Origin: Candidatus Nanopusillus sp.
GTDB taxonomy: Archaea > Nanobdellota > Nanobdellia > Nanobdellales > Nanobdellaceae
Assembly: GCA_028275775.1 (NCBI GenBank)
Contig: JAPWTZ010000024.1
Span: forward strand, 1-5,120
Direction of reading: 5' to 3'
DNA: 5,120 nt
The stretch's first letter is position 1; each line of letters opens with the position of its first letter. Below, piece after piece: positions 1-4,845 of the stretch. Made by a program: the position numbers and the translations under genes. A model generated the notes under the pieces. It was not told the origin of the DNA and did no database searches. It was given only the letters and a program-made list of their open reading frames with translations.

Positions 1-1026
1 CCATTATCTCCTTTTGGATTATCATATATAATTAGAAGACATAGAAGCAAACCATGGACTTTACCTTTATTTATAGATAATAAAATGTTAAATTATCAGG
101 CTGCAGGTTTATTATCTTTTTTAGTTGCAAATGGAAGGACAATTTTAATTGCTGGTACAAGAGGAAGTGGTAAAACATCATTATTAACAGCTTTAATGTT
201 AGAAATACCTAAGAAAGTTAGGATAATAACTGTAGAGGATACTTTAGAAATACCAGCAGAATTTTTCAGATCAATAGGATATAATATAGTTCCTATGAAA
301 GTTAGGAGCCCATTTTCATTAAAATCTGCTGAATTATCTGCTGAAGAAGGTTTAAGAGTATCTTTAAGAATGGGAGATAGTGCTATAATTGTTGGAGAAG
401 TTAGATCGAAAGAAGCTCTAACATTGTATGAAGCTATGAGAGTTGGTGCTGTAGCAAATGCAGTAATGGGTACTTTACATGCAGAAAGTCCTTATGGAGT
501 ATATGATAGAGTTGTAAATGATTTGGGAGTTCCTAAAACATCATTTAAAGCTACAGATATAATAGTAATTGTAAATCCAATTAAAGAACCTTCAGGATTA
601 AAAAGATATAGAAGAGTATTAAGAATAACTGAAGTAAGAAAATTATGGGAGCAGGATCCATTAAAAGAAAGAGGTTTTGTTGATTTAATGGTTTATGATG
701 CTGAAAAAGATAATTTGGAACCTACATTAGAATTAATAAATGGAGATTCTGATATATTAAAGGCTGTTGCATCTAGGATAAAATATTTGTCGAAATCTTG
801 GGAAAGGATATGGAATATGATAGAGACAATTGGTCTATCAAAAAAATTATTAGTAGATATAGCAAGAGAAAAGAATAGGAAAGATATTTTGGAAGCAGAT
901 TTTGTTTCTGCATATAATGAAGTATTTTATCAATATGTAGATAAAAGTATTAAGGAATATAACGAAATTGTAAAAGATTATATATTAGATAATATGAAGA
1001 AATGGATATATCAGAAGTTGAGTTAA
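1..1026 (+). CDS. Type IV filament (archaellum/pilus) assembly ATPase, archaeal FlaI(ArlI)/PilB-GspE-VirB11 superfamily (T2SSE domain); 5' end cut by window edge
   Basis: Frame 1 has no stop from nt 1. PLSPFGLSYIIRRHRSKPWTLPLFIDNK precedes the listed Met at 85 and resembles the conserved f-x-IRk...P.t..dLi segment that precedes Walker A in FlaI-type ATPases, so Met85 is internal. Motifs read directly: Walker A GTRGSGKTS (154-180), Asp box ITVEDTLEI (226-252), Walker B DSAIIVGEVR (376-405), His-box remnant GTLHAES (469-489), RRVLRITEV strand. The C-terminal helical tail (GDSDILKAVASRI...) is typical of FlaI-like proteins. TAA stop at 1024-1026. Confidence 0.9.
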   Translation, partial: PLSPFGLSYIIRRHRSKPWTLPLFIDNKMLNYQAAGLLSFLVANGRTILIAGTRGSGKTSLLTALMLEIPKKVRIITVEDTLEIPAEFFRSIGYNIVPMKVRSPFSLKSAELSAEEGLRVSLRMGDSAIIVGEVRSKEALTLYEAMRVGAVANAVMGTLHAESPYGVYDRVVNDLGVPKTSFKATDIIVIVNPIKEPSGLKRYRRVLRITEVRKLWEQDPLKERGFVDLMVYDAEKDNLEPTLELINGDSDILKAVASRIKYLSKSWERIWNMIETIGLSKKLLVDIAREKNRKDILEADFVSAYNEVFYQYVDKSIKEYNEIVKDYILDNMKKWIYQKLS

Positions 1027-3011
1027 ATAAATTAGATGTACAAAATTTAGAAAGTAGAATAAAATTATATAAATACTTTTATTTTGGTGATAAATTAAAA
1101 TATTATGAAAAAATTGTTAAATCATTTGGAAATATAATAAAAGTTAAAGTAAATGAAAATAAAAGAAAAAATTTTGAAAAAATAAATGAAGAACTTCTTT
1201 TAGATGTAAATATTGATCAAATAGATTCAACAGCAATATTTTTTCTAATATTGTTTATTTTTATAGGAATAATACCTTCAATAATAATATCTCCTTTATA
1301 TTTCCTATTATTTATTTCTCTTGGCATATTATCTTATATATTGATTGATTATTATTATATTATTTTATATAATAATCTAAATACAAAGAAAAAATCTCAA
1401 CTAGTAAGTTTATTATTATTAATAGCTATTAAATTAAGACAAAATCCAAATGTAGAACAAGCCATGTTATTTGCTGCAAAAAATATAAATTTGCCATTAA
1501 AATTAGATCTATTAAGATTGTTAAGGGATATATATAATAGAAAATATGTTTCTGCATCAGAAGCTTTAATAGAATATTCAAGATTATGGGAAAAAAATGC
1601 AAAATTCTTCTATGTTGGTATTATGCTCATTTTAAGTGCTTTATATGATCCAGATAAAGATAGAAGAAATTTTCAAATAGATAAATCTATAGAAGAAGCT
1701 TTGGAAGAATTGATAAATGAACTATATGAATTTTCTAGAGAAATAAGATCTACAATAAACCTTGTATCTATGTTGGGTATAACTTTACCAGTTATGTTAT
1801 TAACAATATTTCCTCTTGCATCAATATTTTTAGGAAATATATTTAGTCCTCTCTCATTGTTTATATTGTTTGATATTTTAATACCATTTATAGCATTTTA
1901 TTCAATTAATTATGCGGTTTCTTCAAAAATAATTAGTGTTTTTTCAAATGATGATATATATTTATTCTATTATTTAAAGAGAAAAGATTTAAAAAATAAG
2001 TTAATATCAATAGGTAGCGGAATTTCGGTAGGTATATTATTATTTTTTATAATCCTTTTTATAATATATAAATATTTATATAAATTTGATGTTTTAGGAA
2101 TATTATTATCAGAATTTTTAGTATTTTTAATAGGTTTATCTATTTCATTAATTGCCTTTATTTATTTTTCCCATTATAAAGATCTATATAAAAATTTAGA
2201 AAAAATAGGAACAGATTTACCACCTTTTCTATTATCTTTAAGTTCTGCATTAAATGAAGGTTATCCACTTGAAAAGGCAATGATATATGTTTATCCTAAA
2301 TATAAAGGTAGCCCAATAGGAGATTTTATATCGAAAATATATCAAAATTTGAGGGCAGGATTATCATTTTATGATTCTGTATTTGATATTAGATACGGAG
2401 CTTTATCTAAAATTCCTTCATCCCAATTAAAAGCTATAATGGAATTATTATATGAAGCTAGTAGTCAATCTCCTGCAGAAGCTTCTGTTATAACAGGTAT
2501 AATTGCAAGATATTTTTTATTAATATCAAAAGTAAAAGAGAGAATTAAAGATCTTGTAGCAGAGGACTTATCTCAATTAAAATCTCTATTAAGAATTTTA
2601 GCTCCAGTTATTTTAGGAATAATAAGCGCAGTTAGTGTAATGATTATAGAAATTTTATATAAATTGTCTTTTCAATTTAGTCAAATATCAAATTTAACAT
2701 CATCTAGTTCAAATGTTTCTCAATATATAAATTCATTACCAGGCATTATATTTAATATATTTAACTTAAATTCTCTTGTATCTCCTGCTTCAATGATAAT
2801 TATAATTGGAATATTTAATGTAGCAATAGCTTTTGTAATTATATATGCAATTAATAGTATAGAAAATAGTGGAGATAAATTGGGATTTTATTATTACTTA
2901 TATAAATATTACATAATTAATATATTGATATTCTTTATATTTTCTACTTTATCTACAATAGGATTATATATGTTCATACAAGGAATATTAAATATTAATT
3001 ACTTTATCTAA
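1002..3011 (+). CDS. Polytopic membrane platform protein of a type IV filament system, FlaJ(ArlJ)/TadC/PilC-like, with two T2SSF-like repeats
   Basis: 669-aa ORF directly downstream of, and overlapping, the secretion ATPase, which is the conserved ATPase-platform gene order. By eye it has about 9 long hydrophobic segments (e.g. AIFFLILFIFIGIIPSIIISPLYFLLFISLGILSYILI, LGITLPVMLLTIFPLASIFLG, ISVGILLFFIILFIIY, LLSEFLVFLIGLSISLIAFIYF, LAPVILGIISAVSVMIIEILY, ASMIIIIGIFNVAIAFVIIYAI, IINILIFFIFSTLSTIGLYMFI). These separate two soluble helical segments sharing the pattern L...L..(N/G)x(N/P)(V/L)E(Q/K)AM. The only ATG near the 5' end is at 1002. TAA stop at 3009-3011. Confidence 0.8.
   Translation: MDISEVELNKLDVQNLESRIKLYKYFYFGDKLKYYEKIVKSFGNIIKVKVNENKRKNFEKINEELLLDVNIDQIDSTAIFFLILFIFIGIIPSIIISPLYFLLFISLGILSYILIDYYYIILYNNLNTKKKSQLVSLLLLIAIKLRQNPNVEQAMLFAAKNINLPLKLDLLRLLRDIYNRKYVSASEALIEYSRLWEKNAKFFYVGIMLILSALYDPDKDRRNFQIDKSIEEALEELINELYEFSREIRSTINLVSMLGITLPVMLLTIFPLASIFLGNIFSPLSLFILFDILIPFIAFYSINYAVSSKIISVFSNDDIYLFYYLKRKDLKNKLISIGSGISVGILLFFIILFIIYKYLYKFDVLGILLSEFLVFLIGLSISLIAFIYFSHYKDLYKNLEKIGTDLPPFLLSLSSALNEGYPLEKAMIYVYPKYKGSPIGDFISKIYQNLRAGLSFYDSVFDIRYGALSKIPSSQLKAIMELLYEASSQSPAEASVITGIIARYFLLISKVKERIKDLVAEDLSQLKSLLRILAPVILGIISAVSVMIIEILYKLSFQFSQISNLTSSSSNVSQYINSLPGIIFNIFNLNSLVSPASMIIIIGIFNVAIAFVIIYAINSIENSGDKLGFYYYLYKYYIINILIFFIFSTLSTIGLYMFIQGILNINYFI
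1386..1901 (+). other. T2SSF-like repeat 1 of the platform protein (cytoplasmic helical segment plus following TM pair)
   Basis: About aa 129-300: KSQLVSLLLLIAIKLRQNPNVEQAMLFAAKNINLPLKLDLLRLLRDIYNRKYVSASEALIEYS... followed by the TM pair LGITLPVMLLTIFPLASIF / LSLFILFDILIPFIAFY. The QNPNVEQAM motif is at 1440-1466. Boundaries are approximate. Confidence 0.55.
2193..2651 (+). other. T2SSF-like repeat 2 of the platform protein
   Basis: About aa 398-550: DLPPFLLSLSSALNEGYPLEKAMIYVYPKYKGSPIGDFISKIYQNLRAGLSFYDSVFD...QLKAIMELLYEASSQ... followed by the TM LAPVILGIISAVSVMIIEILY. It fits the classic T2SSF pattern (lp.fl..L...l.aG.pl..Al......l...l..i...l..G.s...). The NEGYPLEKAM motif is at 2253-2282. 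Boundaries are approximate. Confidence 0.6.
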
Positions 3012-3665
3012 GTTTTTTATTAAGATATCAATTGTTATTCCATTTATATTATTGTTTATTATATCATCAATTAATCTTGGACATGCAGAAAAAATCCAAA
3101 AATCTATATATGGAAAATTTAACAATTGTAAAATATCTATTGTATCTCCTATAAATAAATATACATTTTTTCCATATTTTTCCAATTTATCTTTAACTTT
3201 TAATGTCTCTAAATAATAATATTGTCCAGGCTTTATTGATAATATTATTCCAATATTCTTTGAATTCTTTAATTTATTTAATAAGAATTCTATAATTTTA
3301 TCAAAATTATAATCTGGTTCATAAATATTTATTTCTCCATATATAGGATCATATACAATTACCTTTTTCTTTAATTTTCTTATAATATTTTCTGCATGAA
3401 ATTTTCCATTCCCAACTAATAATACTGTATCTATTTCATTTACATTTGCAGGTTCTGAATAACATCCCAAAACATTTATTCCATATAATCCTTCCTTTAA
3501 TATTATTTCATAATCTTTCTTTAATATTTCATATATTTTTTTAGCATATTCAGAATATTGAGTTAAAGATACTAGAGCAAATTTTTTTGGTAAATATTTT
3601 TTTAATTCATCCAAATTTTTAATTTCTCTTAATTTATATCTTGTTGGTATATTTATTATATCCAT
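2988..3665 (-). CDS. dph2: Dph2-like 2-(3-amino-3-carboxypropyl)histidine synthase (diphthamide biosynthesis step 1), short two-domain form
   Basis: The translation aligns by eye to the central and C-terminal parts of archaeal Dph2: INVLGCYS...LLVGNGKFH...KKVIVYDPIYGE vs QVLGCNYS...LFIGSGIFH...KKVLAIDPYT; NIGIILSIKPGQ vs FGVIVSIKKGQ; FWIFSACPRLIDD vs YVVVACPRVPLDD. Cys codons are at 3462-3464 and 3081-3083. The ORF-track start at 3668 is TTG, immediately followed by ATG at 3665-3663, which I prefer. An in-frame TAA at 3680-3678 rules out any N-terminal extension. The stop is TAA (complement of 2988-2990). Confidence 0.72.
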   Translation of the reverse strand: MDIINIPTRYKLREIKNLDELKKYLPKKFALVSLTQYSEYAKKIYEILKKDYEIILKEGLYGINVLGCYSEPANVNEIDTVLLVGNGKFHAENIIRKLKKKVIVYDPIYGEINIYEPDYNFDKIIEFLLNKLKNSKNIGIILSIKPGQYYYLETLKVKDKLEKYGKNVYLFIGDTIDILQLLNFPYIDFWIFSACPRLIDDIINNNINGITIDILIKNLDKVINI

Positions 3666-3699
3666 CAAACTTATAATTTAAAAAATAAATAAAAATTTA
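3666..3699. promoter_or_regulatory. Putative compact bidirectional archaeal promoter region (two TATA-like A/T boxes) between divergent dph2-like and nre-like genes
   Basis: This is the only non-coding stretch in the window: caaacttataatttaaaaaataaataaaaattta. TTATAATTTA (3671-3680) lies about 20-29 nt upstream of the + strand ATG at 3700. The complement of 3687-3698 (AAATTTTTATTT) lies about 22-33 nt upstream of the - strand ATG at 3665. That spacing fits archaeal TATA boxes driving leaderless mRNAs. In DNA this AT-rich such matches are easily fortuitous. Confidence 0.3.
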
Positions 3700-4845
3700 A
3701 TGATAGATGTTATAAATGCAAAGAAACTTGCAGAAAAATACAAGAAATTATATGGAAAATCTATAATATTAAAAAAAGATATAAATGGGTATACTCCCCC
3801 ATCAAATTTAATTAGTTCAATTAATTATCCAAAATTATCTTTAGGTGTTTTAACATCTTATAATGAAAATATAGAAATATATGATAATCCTATATACTGG
3901 GCAAAGAATAATATAGATGTTGAAGAAATTATAAAGAGTAGAATAAGTTTAATAAATGCAAAGAAAATTGTAGATGCAAATTTACCAAGAAAAAATGATA
4001 AATTATATAATGAAATTTTGGATTCAATGTTATCTGTCAAATCAATAAATTTAGAAATACATTTTAATAAAATAAGTGAAAATATGAAAATTTCAAAAAT
4101 AATAGGCTTATATGGATATTCTGGAATAATAGATAAAATAAAAATAAATGAAAATCCAAAAATACCAAATGAAATATATAAAATAGAAGAAATGAAAGCT
4201 GAAGATTCTATATATTATCTATATAAATCTGGAATGTCTGATTATTATTTATCAAGATTATTTTCAATGGGATTCTTCGGATATAAGATAAATAAAAAAT
4301 TGGTTCCAAGTAAATGGGCAATAACTGCAGTTCATGAAATTTTAGAGAAAAGAATAAAAGAAGAAATAAAAGATTATTCCAAAATTAATGATAAATATTA
4401 TCTATTCTATTATTCTCTATATGGAAACGATTTTTATGGAGTATTTTTTCCAGGTAATGGAAATTGTGAATTGATAGAAACATTAATACCAGGTTCTGTA
4501 TATAATTTAAATTCTAAATATAGTATAATTGGTAGAGATGATGAATCTGGAGGTTATAGTGCTTTAAAATTATCTTTTGCAGAATTTATGAGAAATTATA
4601 AAATGGTTGGAAATCTAGTTGTATTTAGATTTGTAACAAAAGAATATAAAATTCCTTTAGGTGTTTGGGTTGTTAGAGAAGGGACAAAATATATGTTAAA
4701 TAATTTGATAGAAAAATTTGATAATTATAATGAGCTAATAGAATATTTAAATAATAAATTTATGAATAAATACAATGTTTCAGTATATAAATTAAGAAAA
4801 TATAGCAATTTATTAAAGCAGAAATCAATTCTTAATTTTATTTAA
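3700..4845 (+). CDS. Nre-family protein (archaeal Nre_N/Nre_C, formerly DUF650/DUF651; NreA-type PCNA-associated DNA repair factor)
   Basis: 381-aa ORF. Segments match the Nre family as I recall it: GYTPPSNLISSINYPKLSLGVL (cf. sPPsvFVGr.gYPkV.vGpl); KKLVPSKWAITAV (4294-4332, cf. rklVPtRWSITAvD); GGYSALKLSFAEF (4549-4587, cf. GgYYAaRLa.lE.L); IPLGVWVVREG (4651-4683, cf. PLGVWqVRE). There is also a C-terminal PIP-like box. The assignment rests on recalled motifs, not a search. Confidence 0.58.
   Translation: MIDVINAKKLAEKYKKLYGKSIILKKDINGYTPPSNLISSINYPKLSLGVLTSYNENIEIYDNPIYWAKNNIDVEEIIKSRISLINAKKIVDANLPRKNDKLYNEILDSMLSVKSINLEIHFNKISENMKISKIIGLYGYSGIIDKIKINENPKIPNEIYKIEEMKAEDSIYYLYKSGMSDYYLSRLFSMGFFGYKINKKLVPSKWAITAVHEILEKRIKEEIKDYSKINDKYYLFYYSLYGNDFYGVFFPGNGNCELIETLIPGSVYNLNSKYSIIGRDDESGGYSALKLSFAEFMRNYKMVGNLVVFRFVTKEYKIPLGVWVVREGTKYMLNNLIEKFDNYNELIEYLNNKFMNKYNVSVYKLRKYSNLLKQKSILNFI
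4819..4842 (+). other. C-terminal PIP-like (PCNA-interacting peptide) box QKSILNFI
   Basis: The last 8 codons before the TAA stop, cag aaa tca att ctt aat ttt att, encode Q-K-S-I-L-N-F-I. This fits Qxx[ILM]xx[FY] at the extreme C-terminus, where archaeal PCNA partners including NreA carry the motif. Position 8 is Ile rather than aromatic. Confidence 0.45.

Noticed and set aside
85-87. ATG at 85 as the true start of the ATPase
   Set aside because: Frame 1 is open from nt 1, and the preceding 28 codons encode the conserved segment that lies upstream of Walker A in this ATPase family. A 313-aa protein would also lack the whole N-terminal domain. The gene is truncated by the window.
840-846. A7 homopolymer (and similar A/T runs elsewhere) as a programmed frameshift or phase-variation site
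   Set aside because: The ATPase reading frame runs through it uninterrupted (tca aaa aaa tta = SKKL), and conserved sequence continues in the same frame. Such runs are expected at this base composition.
2688-2720. NxS/T sequons (NLT, NVS) in the Ser-rich loop of the platform protein as N-glycosylation sites
   Set aside because: The loop topology is unknown without a prediction tool, and sequons arise readily in N/S/T-rich sequence. Noted under the platform finding but not supportable as a feature.
1002-3011. Hidden archaellin/pilin gene (class III signal peptide) in alternative frames or small gaps
   Set aside because: The ORF track shows no additional ORF of 60 aa or more, and there is no non-coding space. 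Hydrophobic N-termini in alternative frames of a TM-rich, AT-rich gene would be uninterpretable. Any filament subunit genes must lie outside the window.
1-3011. ATPase + membrane protein pair as a novel defence or transport system
   Set aside because: The motif set (Walker A, Asp box, Walker B, His box) together with a duplicated T2SSF-like membrane partner is specific to type II/IV secretion and filament systems. No nuclease, sensor or effector domain is present.
3666-3668. TTG listed as the start of the dph2-like ORF (MM... N-terminus)
   Set aside because: The very next codon (3665-3663) is ATG. The TTG is more simply the last non-coding triplet, so I annotate the start at 3665. It makes no functional difference.
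3858-4040. 60-aa ORF on the minus strand (MTDNIESKISLYNLSFFLGKF...)
   Set aside because: It lies entirely antisense within the well-supported Nre-like CDS. Its I/F/L/S-rich translation is what the reverse complement of K/N/E/I-rich AT-biased coding sequence yields by chance. It has no recognisable motif and no promoter space.
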